Below are positions 1 through 9,990 of a stretch of 63,340 bases of DNA, one piece after another. The stretch is from Nitrosopumilaceae archaeon. GTDB taxonomy: Archaea; Thermoproteota; Nitrososphaeria; Nitrososphaerales; Nitrosopumilaceae. Numbering within the stretch: position 1 is the first letter of the stretch; each line of letters opens with the position of its first letter. The notes under the pieces are model-generated. The model had not been told where the DNA came from. It searched no databases and saw nothing but the letters and a program-made list of their open reading frames with translations. Made by a program: the position numbers and the translations under genes. The stretch is from assembly GCA_965200155.1 (NCBI GenBank), contig CBDATR010000031.1:1-63340 (forward strand), given 5' to 3'.

Positions 1-331
1 GTTGATGATACTGAACTACAAAAGAAGGTAAAAGGATTGAATAAGGCCATACCATGCATGTTCGTATTCTTAGAATATGACTGTGTAGAGCCCACCAACA
101 ATCCAGCGGAGCAGGCTTTGCGATACGCAGTGGTATTCCGCAAGATTAGTGGTCAGATAAAGGGTGGCGAAAGGGCAATGCGCCGCATGTCTACATTTGT
201 ATCATGTGTTCAGACATGGAGGGCTCAAGGCCTTTCTGTTATGAACGAGGTTGCTGCCAGAATGCAGTTATAATTAAAAAAACTGGGATGCATTCTATCT
301 TATTATGTGATCAAAACACGTGAACTCATAC
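1..331 (+). mobile_element. IS66-family element A, right end (C-terminal transposase ORF 37..273 plus right TIR)
   Basis: EPTNNPAEQALR motif of IS66 TnpC; ends CAAAACACGTGAACTCATAC at 331. Confidence 0.9.
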
Positions 332-361
332 GAAAATCCACTAAATTAATGGTATGAGTTC

Positions 362-453
362 GTATGAGTTCACCTGTGTCTAAATTTATGCACAACTGAT
401 CGCGACAGTTAATGTGATTTGTGCACAAGATTCCGGAAGACGTGAACTCATAC
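362..453 (-). mobile_element. MITE-A (92 bp, IS66-A TIRs)
   Basis: GTATGAGTTCAC...GTGAACTCATAC; preceded by a truncated TIR at 352-361. Confidence 0.95.
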
Positions 454-477
454 GAGTGAGCTGCCATTCCGGTATGA

Positions 478-1365
478 ATGCATCAGTCACGTGCAGGCGT
501 GTTTATGAGGATAATTCTGATAATGTCCCGCGCCGCCGTAAACAGAATCATTCTGTCGTGTCCAAAGCCTCCAAAACGGCGCGGACCTCGTGAATTACAC
601 TTGCCGGGCATTGGTGTCGTGAGGACGACAAAGCCGATTGACCATTCCTGGAACATGCGCTCATTCAAAATAGTCGAGCGTAAGAGAACCGTTCCAGGAG
701 AGCGCGAATTCGAGATTCATATCAACAAACGGGAGAAACCACTCCAGCATGTCAAGACTGGTGTGATACGAGGTAGGCGGGAAGCATCTGGCCGTTACAG
801 CTGACACGAATGGAAACACAGCAATCCATAACATGAGACATCGTTCCATAATACGCGCACTCCAGGGTATTAGAACAAGAAAGGGCAAGAACCGCAAGAG
901 GAAAATCGAGAAGAAAATATCACGATTACAACAGAAGGCGAATAATATCGCGAACGATTCCATGAACAGGATAGTCCATATTGTCACCAAAGGCGTAGAC
1001 AAGGTCGCGGTCGAGAACTTGTCGTATGAGTTCACGTCTTCCGGAATCTTGTGCACAAATCACATTAACTGTCGCGATCAGTTATGCGTAAATTTAGACA
1101 CAGGTGAACTCATACAACTTGTCAGTCAAGTACATGGTGGGAACCGGAAACGTTCCATGAATAGAACGATGCGTGAAAATCGCGTTGGTGGATTCTTACA
1201 CAAGCTGGGACAAAAGTAAGGGGATTGAATTGGAGGTGGTACCGGCCAAGAATACCAGCCAGACTTGTAACATGTGTGGACATGTTAACACGTTTAACTA
1301 GGGACACATTCAACTGTAACCAGGAGTTCCACGCGGATATCGATGCCGCGTTTAGTAACCGGTTT
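478..1365 (+). pseudogene. tnpB: TnpB (IS200/IS605/IS607 OrfB-like RuvC nuclease) pseudogene
   Basis: Across frameshifts: LHLPGIGVV, IRG..GGKHLAVT (RuvC-I, D lost), VAVENL (RuvC-II), NTSQTCNMCG zinc finger, FHADIDAA (RuvC-III); MITE-A insertion and in-frame stops. Confidence 0.8.
1024..1115 (+). mobile_element. MITE-A inside tnpB
   Basis: TSD AACTTGTC on both sides. Confidence 0.95.
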
Positions 1366-1591
1366 CCCTGCATGGGGCGGCAGAGCGTGTCGTCCAGAGG
1401 CGCCAGGACGGAACGCAGAGCCGAGAACAAAGGCAATGTACTGTCCAGAAGCGAGGCGCCACGAACATCATAACAAAGAGTTAGGGTGACCGCTATAGGG
1501 TAGTAATTGAATAATCTTATGAACTTACATGGAATTATTCCAGGACTGAAATATACCCGGCAACCGGTTCCATTCTAAAACATGAAAATGA

Positions 1592-1774
1592 TTACGCTAT
1601 ACCGCGCTCGCGCTTGTATTCGTCTATGGCCTCGCCAGCTTCTCTGATCACGTTACATGCATGACGTGTATATTCGATACGTTCACGTATTATCGGCCGC
1701 GCCTCCGGTTTCACGTCATCGTACATGGACTCGAGCTTGGTAATGCATTCCTCTATCTGGCTAAAGTCTTCCAT
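1592..1774 (-). CDS. small helical hypothetical protein (60 aa, MEDFSQ...RERGIA)
   Basis: ORF with TTTATATA box about 25 nt upstream; paralogous 3' end at 2169-2196. Confidence 0.55.
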   Translation of the reverse strand: MEDFSQIEECITKLESMYDDVKPEARPIIRERIEYTRHACNVIREAGEAIDEYKRERGIA

Positions 1775-1890
1775 GATTTGTTTTGTCGAACTTTCTATAT
1801 AAATTAGGCATTCCATATACGGTCTGTAATACTTCCACACAACAACATTTCATGACATGTCATTTACCTGTCTCAAAACATCATTTTATT

Positions 1891-2085
1891 ATGAAAAGTC
1901 TTGAAGAGCATTACAGAGAACTAAGACAGTTAGAGGAACAGTGTGAAGACTATACGGAGGCAGAGAATTATTTACGAAATACTTCCGAACCGGAAGCTGC
2001 TGCAATTATGACGTTCATGAAAAGTGTGGTGAGGCACCAAATTGACAGGAAAATAGAAGAGATTAACAGAATCAAGGGAACATAA
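1891..2085 (+). CDS. small helical hypothetical protein (64 aa, MKSLEEH...)
   Basis: Charged helical ORF sharing PEAxxI(x8)RH spacing with the divergent neighbour. Confidence 0.55.
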   Translation: MKSLEEHYRELRQLEEQCEDYTEAENYLRNTSEPEAAAIMTFMKSVVRHQIDRKIEEINRIKGT

Positions 2086-2196
2086 TTTCTCATTTTTATA
2101 TTACGTGTGTGTCTACAATAGGCACTCAACAATGTCCACATGATCCGTGACCATCCGATCTAAAATGATTACACTATGCCTTTCTCGCGCTTAATT

Positions 2197-2680
2197 AGAC
2201 CTTATGCGCATGATTGACAGTAACATCCCATATTGCTTCAAACTGGGGTGTATTTTATGGCACACAATCAGTCAAGCATGAACAAACCAATGTTAATGGC
2301 ATCTGCCAGCACTAACGTAGTATGAGTTCACGTCTTCCGGAATCTTGTGTACAAATCACATTAACTGTCGCGATCAGTTGTGCGTAAATTTAGACACAGG
2401 TGAACTCATACAGATATTTTTCAAGAATTTCTTGTACCTGGTATGCTTGTGTATAATGTGTAAATTATGCAACCCGGATACTACGAGATCTTCCCGGAAT
2501 TCCTCACGACTACCATCATATACCTGACTTAATCTACGATATACCTTTGGCATTCGAATTACATGCTCGATTAATATGCGCCTTTTTGATACATATTGGT
2601 TGTATTTCCTTTCAGTTTTAGTGAGTGATTCCGCACCCCTGTATGGAATTATGACCTTTGCACCGGATAGGAAACTTTTC
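2197..2680 (-). mobile_element. IS5 (ISL2 group) remnant: right end plus 3' transposase, internally deleted at a MITE-A
   Basis: TIR AGACCTTATGCGCA at 2197; matches parts of the 3' half of the intact copy (56372-57917). Confidence 0.85.
2320..2411 (+). mobile_element. MITE-A (no TSD; adjacent deletion)
   Basis: Full 92-bp copy; flanks are non-contiguous IS5 segments. Confidence 0.95.
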
Positions 2681-3031
2681 GTATGAGTTCACGTGTTTTG
2701 ATCATTCACTAAGATATAGATTGGTATGACAATATTTTGCTTAAATATCAAATTTGCAATAAGAATCTAATGAGAAGACGCCTGTCCTATAAGGAATTGG
2801 AACTAAAAAATAAGCTTCTTCAGGATACCCTTGCGTCTACCAAGAAAGAACTTGCACATTACAAGGAGAATGAGTGAGAGATAAAACGTGGAGACATAAT
2901 ACTTGCGTTTACCAAGAAAGAACTTGCACATTACAAGGAGAATGAGTGAGAGATAAAACGTGGAGACATAATACTTGCGTTTACCAAGAAAGAACTTGCA
3001 CATTACAAGGCAGAGGCCATGGGCCGCCTTG
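2681..3031 (+). mobile_element. IS66-A left-end fragment with a 72-bp tandem repeat
   Basis: Left TIR GTATGAGTTCACGTGTTTTGATCATTCAC; MRRRLSYKELEL start; 72-bp unit about 2.5x at ~2832-3010. Confidence 0.85.
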
Positions 3032-3123
3032 GTATGAGTTCACGTCTTCCGGAATCTTATGCACAAATCACATTAACTGTCGCGATCAGTTATGCGTAAA
3101 TTTAGACACAGGTGAACTCATAC
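3032..3123 (+). mobile_element. MITE-A
   Basis: 92-bp copy truncating IS66-A. Confidence 0.95.
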
Positions 3124-3390
3124 TGCCCAGTAGGCGCGCAATTTGTCCGGATCCCTCGCTTGCCTGAATTTGGTGTAATTGTTGGGCGCGATTCATTATA
3201 CTAGTATATAAGATCGAAGTTTTCGACTTTTATCTTGCTTCAGAGTACCATATTTAGCTGCGCACAATACCATATTGACATGCCAAATTAACCACCCTCT
3301 TGGGGGCGCGCAAATAAGCCTGTGATAATTGTGATATTTTGATCAAATTAGTCGCCCAACGACTTATGGTGGCAGATATAGTTTGTAATA

Positions 3391-4185
3391 TCATGTCTCA
3401 TTATGCGGTCTTGTTACCAACGGATATGTGCCCAATACGTCAAGGGATCTGCATCTCTGCCGGATACTATTGATAACCAAGTCACCTAATTCTCCAACAA
3501 AATCCACGAAAAACACATACTCCCACGAGCCCGTTCGGCCGGAGCGGGACTCTATTCTAGTGATGTTTGTACTACGTAACAGCTCCAAAATATCGCACAG
3601 GCTACCGGGTTTGTGTGACAGAGTAAATGTAATGGCAGTTTTCATGTTTGGCTGGGGGCTGGTATTGTGTGGTCCCTGCTCAACCAACAAAAATCGAGTA
3701 TAGTTATCCGAAATGTCATTTATATCGTATTTTAGTATGTTCATATTATAGAATTCTGCAGCACGCCGGCTTGCTATTCCCGCCATACTCCGGTCGTTTT
3801 TCTCCTTTATTATCCGTACACCACCTGCCGTATCGTGCGCGGGTATTGTTTTGTATAATGATGTAATCTTGCGACACTGCCCGAGGGCCTGTGGATGTGA
3901 GTATATCGTATCTATCTCTGATACGTTGCCTAGTCCTATTAGGCAGTGGTTTATGGGGTGGTATAGTTCCCGGATTATGTGTATGTGTTTCCTCATATCA
4001 TATATGGCATCATTGGCCTCGCCTACTGATCCTTCGGTACTATTCTCTATTGGTATTATGGCTTGGTCGGCAGTACCGTCTAAAACAGACTCTAGTGCCT
4101 CAGTAAAGGTACCGCACTGTTTTGTATTGGTGGTACCGGCGGCCTCTTCGCTGTATGATCCCCGCTCGCCCTGAAATGCTATCAT
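3391..4185 (-). CDS. pheA: prephenate dehydratase
   Basis: AFQGERGSYSE, PIENSTEG, SHPQALGQC, NYTRF motifs; C-terminal ACT domain. Confidence 0.92.
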   Translation of the reverse strand: MIAFQGERGSYSEEAAGTTNTKQCGTFTEALESVLDGTADQAIIPIENSTEGSVGEANDAIYDMRKHIHIIRELYHPINHCLIGLGNVSEIDTIYSHPQALGQCRKITSLYKTIPAHDTAGGVRIIKEKNDRSMAGIASRRAAEFYNMNILKYDINDISDNYTRFLLVEQGPHNTSPQPNMKTAITFTLSHKPGSLCDILELLRSTNITRIESRSGRTGSWEYVFFVDFVGELGDLVINSIRQRCRSLDVLGTYPLVTRPHNET

Positions 4186-4544
4186 TTGTTTTTAATCGAG
4201 CCATTAGTATATAACATCTTGATCTCTGCTCCATATCTGCTGGCGCTGTCCGGGTGCGGTTTACAAGATATGCGTACATTATCTTTTCTCACCACTTGTG
4301 CCATTACGCACAAGCAGGGATTCTGGTATGCCCTACATAATTCACATGGGATTATTGGAGTTTAACGCTTATGTCTAGATTTTGGAGTAATTCATCGGAC
4401 ATTATGTAAATAGGCACACAAAATAATAAAGTACAAAATGATCACAAAACTCATCATCGTGGGTTTACTGACCTGTATACATAACCCCCTTGGAACCATC
4501 TGGCCGTTTATTCACAGCTCCCTCTGGGAGACATGGAAATCCAA

Positions 4545-5132
4545 TCAATTTTGCACAAAATCGTCCTGTGTAAATACATGACGAAGTGGGCTTATCCGTT
4601 CCAGCTCCCTTCTATTTTGCTCGGAACCGCGAAATAATATACAAAATATGCCTACCACTTCCAGCCCATTTTTTTGGGCAACACGGGCTGCCTGCAATGC
4701 TGAGCCACCTGATGTAATAACATCATCCAATATAGCTACCGGGGTCTGAGTTACTCCCTCTATCTGTTGGCCGGTACCATGATCCTTGGTAGTCTTGCGT
4801 ACAAAAAACATATTTAGTGGAGGTGTATCGCCCCGGCAAAAACTAATCGATGAGACCATTGTAGCTATGGGTATGGCACCGGCCGCAAGACCGCCCACGG
4901 ATCTCGCTCCTGTATTTTTCACCATATCGTGTAATATGGTGGCCGCTTCATGCAATCCTTCGGGATTCCCGCTTAGAATTCTCATGTCAAAATATTGGTG
5001 ACTCTTCTTACCGGATGCTAGCGTGAATGGTTTTTCCGAATATTGAATAACAGTGTCTTTTATTATTTGTCTAAGCTTTTCATAACTGGGCACTGATTGA
5101 TCCTGCATAACATTTCTTCTCCTATTATTCAT
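4545..5132 (-). CDS. pyrE: orotate phosphoribosyltransferase
   Basis: FTLASGKKS, VRK..KDHG, ILDDVITSGGS PRPP-binding loop; start may be 5108. Confidence 0.92.
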   Translation of the reverse strand: MNNRRRNVMQDQSVPSYEKLRQIIKDTVIQYSEKPFTLASGKKSHQYFDMRILSGNPEGLHEAATILHDMVKNTGARSVGGLAAGAIPIATMVSSISFCRGDTPPLNMFFVRKTTKDHGTGQQIEGVTQTPVAILDDVITSGGSALQAARVAQKNGLEVVGIFCILFRGSEQNRRELERISPLRHVFTQDDFVQN

Positions 5133-5285
5133 TAATGATATTACAACATTTGATATATCTTTGTGTTATATTAGAATAAAAACCTGTAGCATCATGTACA
5201 GTTTGGTGAAATAGTATGATTCTAAAGTATGGTATCATTGTAATAATTAAAATCATTCTTTTAAAGATAATTAAGGGAATTATAT

Positions 5286-5377
5286 GTATGAGTTCACGTC
5301 TTCCGGAATCTTATGCACAAATCACATTAACTGTCGCGATCAGTTATGCGTAAATTTAGACACAGGTGAACTCATAC
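5286..5377 (+). mobile_element. MITE-A
   Basis: 92-bp copy, no TSD. Confidence 0.95.
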
Positions 5378-5449
5378 CCAGAGAATGGCTCCCATGAATG
5401 ATGTAACTCAGATATATAATTCCCATAATTAACGCGCACATGTTTAAAT

Positions 5450-5539
5450 GTGAGTTCACGTCTTCCGGAATCTTGTGCACAAATCACATTAACTGTCGCG
5501 ATCAGTTGTGCGTAAATTTAGACACAGGTGAACTCATAC
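5450..5539 (+). mobile_element. MITE-A (2-bp deletion in left TIR)
   Basis: TSD GTTTAAAT. Confidence 0.9.
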
Positions 5540-5618
5540 GTTTAAATTGTAGTGATCGTCATGAGCAAATTTAGCCATAAATTAATTTCATGATTACCTG
5601 ATGTAAACAGCATTAATT

Positions 5619-5783
5619 AGACCATATGCGCAGAATCACTTCTCCCGCCCTGCACGTCTAAAACAAGTTGTTAGATACGAACAATTGACCTGTACGAGTT
5701 CACGTCTTCAGTAATCTTATACACAAATCACATTAACTGTCGCGATCAGTTATGCGTAAATTTAGACATAGGTGAACTCATAC
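5619..5783 (+). mobile_element. IS5 left-end fragment (5619-5691) truncated by MITE-A (5692-5783)
   Basis: AGACCATATGCGCAGAATC TIR followed by a slightly diverged MITE-A. Confidence 0.9.
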
Positions 5784-5880
5784 GAATCAAAAGTTGCTGA
5801 GAGTCATGCCGGGAGTGACTTAAACGGATACATACAAGAAAGTTGATACACATATAAAAAAGTGGCATTATGTGGTTATT

Positions 5881-6249
5881 ATGGCTACTTTTGCCACATC
5901 ATTATCATGCATGGACGGGCGTGTACAGGAACCATTACGTCGATGGATAGTAGACAGGTACAATGTAGAATATGTGGATACAGTCACGCAACCGGGAATT
6001 GACAAGATAATACAGGACAATCAGGATGTGAAACTTGTTTTGGATATGGCCAAAATATCCATCATCAAACACGGCTCTCGCACAGTTGTAGTATCAGGGC
6101 ACCACGACTGTGCAGGAAACCCTGTATCCAGGGATACGCATGTTGAGCACATAAGGAATAGTATGGACGTGATCAAATCATGGAACCTGGACGTTAATGT
6201 AGTGGGAGTATGGGTAAATGATCAGTGGCAGGTAGAAGAGGTAACATGA
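5881..6249 (+). CDS. putative beta-type carbonic anhydrase-like protein
   Basis: SCMDGR and GHHDCAG zinc-ligand motifs. Confidence 0.75.
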   Translation: MATFATSLSCMDGRVQEPLRRWIVDRYNVEYVDTVTQPGIDKIIQDNQDVKLVLDMAKISIIKHGSRTVVVSGHHDCAGNPVSRDTHVEHIRNSMDVIKSWNLDVNVVGVWVNDQWQVEEVT

Positions 6250-6256
6250 CGATCAA

Positions 6257-6667
6257 TCATGAGTCCACCACATTACTAGACACTACCTGTAGCATGGACA
6301 AATAGTCCTTGTCCACCGAGTCGCCCAGTATTCCCTTAATTCCCCTCTTCCAGTTTATGGTCACCGTCACTAGCGTACCGTTCTGGTCTTCCCGCATGCT
6401 CTCATCTATGTGGCTGCCCTTTGCATCTCCGCCTATCACATAGTATGAGTGACTGGACGGTGGATTGAGCTGATGGCGTACCATGGACAGGTATGTACGA
6501 CCACCAAGACGCAGCATCTCTTCGGCCACATATGTCCGGGGCCGGGTAGAACGCATATGAAATGACAGAATTACATCAGGCACTATACGCTGGAGACCAG
6601 CATGATCAGAGAGTATTTCATACACACAGTTTAAGTCCGATTTCATATGGATAGATATGGTGCTCAA
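6257..6667 (-). CDS. SRPBCC/polyketide cyclase-like protein
   Basis: Size and pattern (VYEILSD, GGDAKGS, GTLVTVTI) resemble the START-like fold. Confidence 0.6.
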   Translation of the reverse strand: MSTISIHMKSDLNCVYEILSDHAGLQRIVPDVILSFHMRSTRPRTYVAEEMLRLGGRTYLSMVRHQLNPPSSHSYYVIGGDAKGSHIDESMREDQNGTLVTVTINWKRGIKGILGDSVDKDYLSMLQVVSSNVVDS

Positions 6668-7231
6668 CTAGGGCCCGTCCCAGGGAGTATACAGACCGTG
6701 AATAATGCCAAACTGGTCCAGGCACTTGCCCACGGCATGGTTTATGATATCAGAGATTGTCCGTGGCCTGGTATAGAACTCTGTCATGGGCGGAAGTATG
6801 ACCACACCCAGTCGGGCAAGCTTTAACATGTTCTCCAGATGAATTGCGGAGAGTGGGGACTCGCGGGCCAGAAGTATTAGTTTGCGCGACTCCTTTATGG
6901 TTACCCCGGCAGCCCTTGCAACAAGGGTGTCATCATATCCGTTGGCAATTGCCGAAAGGGTCTTCATGCTACAGGGGGCTACTACCATGCCGTCTATCAT
7001 GTTAGTACCGCTGGATATGCTAGCCGCCATGTTTTGCTCTGAGAATGTCTCGGTGGCCAGTCCACGCACATAGGACATGTCAAAATCCGTCTCCATCCGT
7101 ATGCACTGCTCACCCCACTTGCTGATTACAAGATGCGCCCTGTGGTTCAGGCGCTGCAGCTCCTCCAATATACGAACCCCGTATATGGCCCCAGTACTTC
7201 CTGTTATGCCCACTATGATATTGAGGCTCAC
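6668..7231 (-). CDS. ubiX: flavin prenyltransferase UbiX
   Basis: VGITGSTG, ASISSG, APCSMKTL, RESPL, FYTRP motifs. Confidence 0.93.
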   Translation of the reverse strand: MSLNIIVGITGSTGAIYGVRILEELQRLNHRAHLVISKWGEQCIRMETDFDMSYVRGLATETFSEQNMAASISSGTNMIDGMVVAPCSMKTLSAIANGYDDTLVARAAGVTIKESRKLILLARESPLSAIHLENMLKLARLGVVILPPMTEFYTRPRTISDIINHAVGKCLDQFGIIHGLYTPWDGP

Positions 7232-7285
7232 AGATGCAATACGAGTCTAGCGCATGTAAACCTTGGTTCCCCAATTTAGTGGAAG

Positions 7286-7364
7286 GTAACAGTTCACGTC
7301 TTGACCTTATGTTCGAATTGTGGACAGTAGTAGTTTGTGGATTTGTACACAGGTGAAGTCAGAC
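7286..7364 (+). repeat. degenerate older MITE-A relative
   Basis: GTAACAGTTCACGTCTT...ACACAGGTGAAGTCAGAC resembles MITE-A ends. Confidence 0.5.
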
Positions 7365-7367
7365 ACA

Positions 7368-9002
7368 TTAGTTGCGCGCGTAAAGTGCATCCGGGAACAG
7401 TACATCATGGTATGCTGCGGGCACCATGCTTCTGTTGCGCTTTAGGAGGTGCTGTACTGAACTGTCCATGACGTATGTGGTGGCATAATCACCATAATCC
7501 CGTATGCTACGGCCAAACCCCTGTAGCAGTTTTACTATGGTCTGGTATACATACCACTGCCGGTCAATCTTGTTCTTGGCAGATATGCGGTTGTCCCCAA
7601 GGTATGGGTAAGGACACTTTTCCACGATCTGAAAGCGTGAGAGATCCCCTTTCAGGTCTACCCCCTGCCACAGGGACGACGATAGCAGTACGCCATTCTC
7701 CGTGTATTGATGGGCTTCCAGCACTTCATCTATGGTGGAGTGATCCTCGTTTACGCTATGTGCAAGCTGGACTCGCCGGGCTTGCTCGGGGCTGAGTCTC
7801 CTTAGCAGTCTATCGCAGCGGGCCCTGGAAGATGTGAGTATGAGGCCCCGGTCATTCTGGTGGGTAGACATTATGGAGTTTATCACCTGAGCTACAGACT
7901 CCTCAGCCTCCGGAGGGGAGCGGTTGTTCAGCCAAGATATGTTCTGGAATATGACCCTGCGATTCTCTAGTGGAAAAGGGGACTTGGGTACGTCTATGAA
8001 ACCGCAATCGCCAATTCCCAGGGTTTTTTCAAAATTATTCTTGTCAATAGTGGCAGACATAAAGACCTGGATATCAGAGTCAAATAGACTGGATGCGTAG
8101 TTTGAGATATCCAGCGGGACCACGGAGAGTTTGTGGAAACTGCTCCCATCAAACTCGGGCTCCTGTACAATGAAATTATCGGTATTCTCATTGATATCCT
8201 TGCGTACATTTACAATACTTTCAAAACGGGTGTTTATGCGTCTGGCTCTCATGATGGCATCAGGACTTGTACTCTCATCCATTTTCCGGGCCAGTTCCCC
8301 GTATGCAACACGAAGATGATCCAGCAGGTTCAATACGCCTCCCACAGACTCTAAATCATACCGGCTCTGCTCCAGATGGGCATCATCTAGATAACTTGCC
8401 AATATATCAAACCCGATTAACCTGACTACCTCGTTTTCGATGGTGTGTGCCTCATCAAATATTACCACATCTCGCTGTACGCCGGGTGCCTCGGGCTGGA
8501 ATTTTTTTAGATGAAAGTACATGGCATAATTAAGAATTGTTTGGTGAAACTCTAGTCCGTCTTCCTTTTGTTTGTAGTACACACACTGCTTGCTGCGCCC
8601 CTCAGGCTTTTTGTACGGACAGGTGGTAGTGACACGATTGCCCACTTTTGTTATACACTGACCACGATCACAGGTGTATCGTCTGGCCAAGGCCCGGGTA
8701 CGGCCGCCTATGTTACCTTTTTCCATAAGCTGGTAGCACTCAAAGTTTGATTTGCCCTTTATGGAGCGGAGCTCAGGAAAGTCATGCAGGTACTGGTTCT
8801 GTAGTTGTTTGGTAGAGGTAACAACAAATGACGTTCCCAGGGAGTCCGCTATTGCCTTTGCCACATAGCTCTTACCAATGCCGGTGGGCGCCGAGATTAT
8901 GATTCTCTTGTATCCAGACTTGAGAAGCTCCTCCATCTTGGTCAGTATGTATTTCTGACCATCCCGTGGAACCGTACCCTTGTGAAATTTGGATAAAAGC
9001 AT
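7368..9002 (-). CDS. DinG/XPD-family ATP-dependent DNA helicase
   Basis: APTGIGKS Walker A, DEAH, MSAT, GVDL, QGFGRSIR; Cys cluster; true start MLLSK at 9002 (the ORF-track extension runs into IS66). Confidence 0.88.
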   Translation of the reverse strand: MLLSKFHKGTVPRDGQKYILTKMEELLKSGYKRIIISAPTGIGKSYVAKAIADSLGTSFVVTSTKQLQNQYLHDFPELRSIKGKSNFECYQLMEKGNIGGRTRALARRYTCDRGQCITKVGNRVTTTCPYKKPEGRSKQCVYYKQKEDGLEFHQTILNYAMYFHLKKFQPEAPGVQRDVVIFDEAHTIENEVVRLIGFDILASYLDDAHLEQSRYDLESVGGVLNLLDHLRVAYGELARKMDESTSPDAIMRARRINTRFESIVNVRKDINENTDNFIVQEPEFDGSSFHKLSVVPLDISNYASSLFDSDIQVFMSATIDKNNFEKTLGIGDCGFIDVPKSPFPLENRRVIFQNISWLNNRSPPEAEESVAQVINSIMSTHQNDRGLILTSSRARCDRLLRRLSPEQARRVQLAHSVNEDHSTIDEVLEAHQYTENGVLLSSSLWQGVDLKGDLSRFQIVEKCPYPYLGDNRISAKNKIDRQWYVYQTIVKLLQGFGRSIRDYGDYATTYVMDSSVQHLLKRNRSMVPAAYHDVLFPDALYARN

Positions 9003-9097
9003 CCAAATGAGTCTAATTATGTTGAATATAATTGTACACAGCACCGTAAAAACGCTATAGGTATTCCACAAGTGGTTTGAGAGTATGTTCTTGGATT

Positions 9098-9761
9098 GTA
9101 TGAGTTCACGTGTTTTGATCACATAATAAGATAGAATGCATCCCAGTTTTTTAATTATAACTGCATTCTGGCAGCAACCTCGTTCATTACAGAAAGGCCC
9201 TGAGCCCTCCATGTCTGAACGCATGATACGAATGTGGACATGCGGCGCATTGCCCTTTCACCACCTTTTATCTGGCCACTAATCTTGCGGAATATCACTG
9301 CGTATCGCAAAGCCTGCTCCGCTGGATTGTTGGTGGGCTCTACACTGTCATATTCTAAGAATACGAACATGCCGGGTATGGCCTTATTCAATCCTTTTAC
9401 CTTCTTTTGTAGTTCAGTATCATCAACATCACAGTACTGATGCATCTGCTCCTGTCTCAAATGAGTGTCGTAATTGCGCGGACGGCCCGCAGTGATTCAG
9501 GGATTCCCGTGCGCTCCGGAACAATCCTTTCAGGTCGTTGTCAAGTTTGATCCGGGCGTACTGAGCACCGGGATCAATATAGAATCCTGCATGTAATGCC
9601 TGAGTATCACGCAGTAAATGCGCCCAACACAACTGGTGCTTCCCACCGTCATCAAACCGGCGATACACAACGTACCTGTCCGTTACTATCGCTCCCTGGT
9701 AACCGTTCAGGTATTTGTTCACTACATTTGAACTCCTACTTTTGTATATCATCCACTCTTC
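9098..9761 (-). mobile_element. IS66-A right half
   Basis: Right TIR at 9098; TDRY, HQLCWAHLLR, TNNPAEQ. Confidence 0.9.
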
Positions 9762-9853
9762 GTATGAGTTCACGTCTTCCGGAATCTTATGCACAAATCA
9801 CATTAACTGTCGCGATCAGTTATGCGTAAATTTAGACACAGGTGAACTCATAC
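9762..9853 (+). mobile_element. MITE-A
   Basis: 92-bp copy truncating IS66-A. Confidence 0.95.
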
Positions 9854-9990
9854 CATATGATACCCATTCCATGCTCGTGGCGCTGGCAAATAGTTATGGT
9901 ATATCATCCCCGGATGCACAAAAGAAATTGCAGGATATTGCCAAGGATTTACGATTATGGCTGCCGAGTGAGGGGGACATGAAATGACAT

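Noticed and set aside
2345-2527. Family of small ORFs containing CTNHINCRDQLCVNLDTGELI or MSSRLPESY
   Set aside because: These are translations of MITE-A running into variable flanks
7368-9002. CasDinG or defence helicase
   Set aside because: Housekeeping context beside ubiX; no type IV cas genes
9003-9224. N-terminal extension of the helicase
   Set aside because: Read-through from the IS66-A end; the same peptide occurs at other IS66 ends
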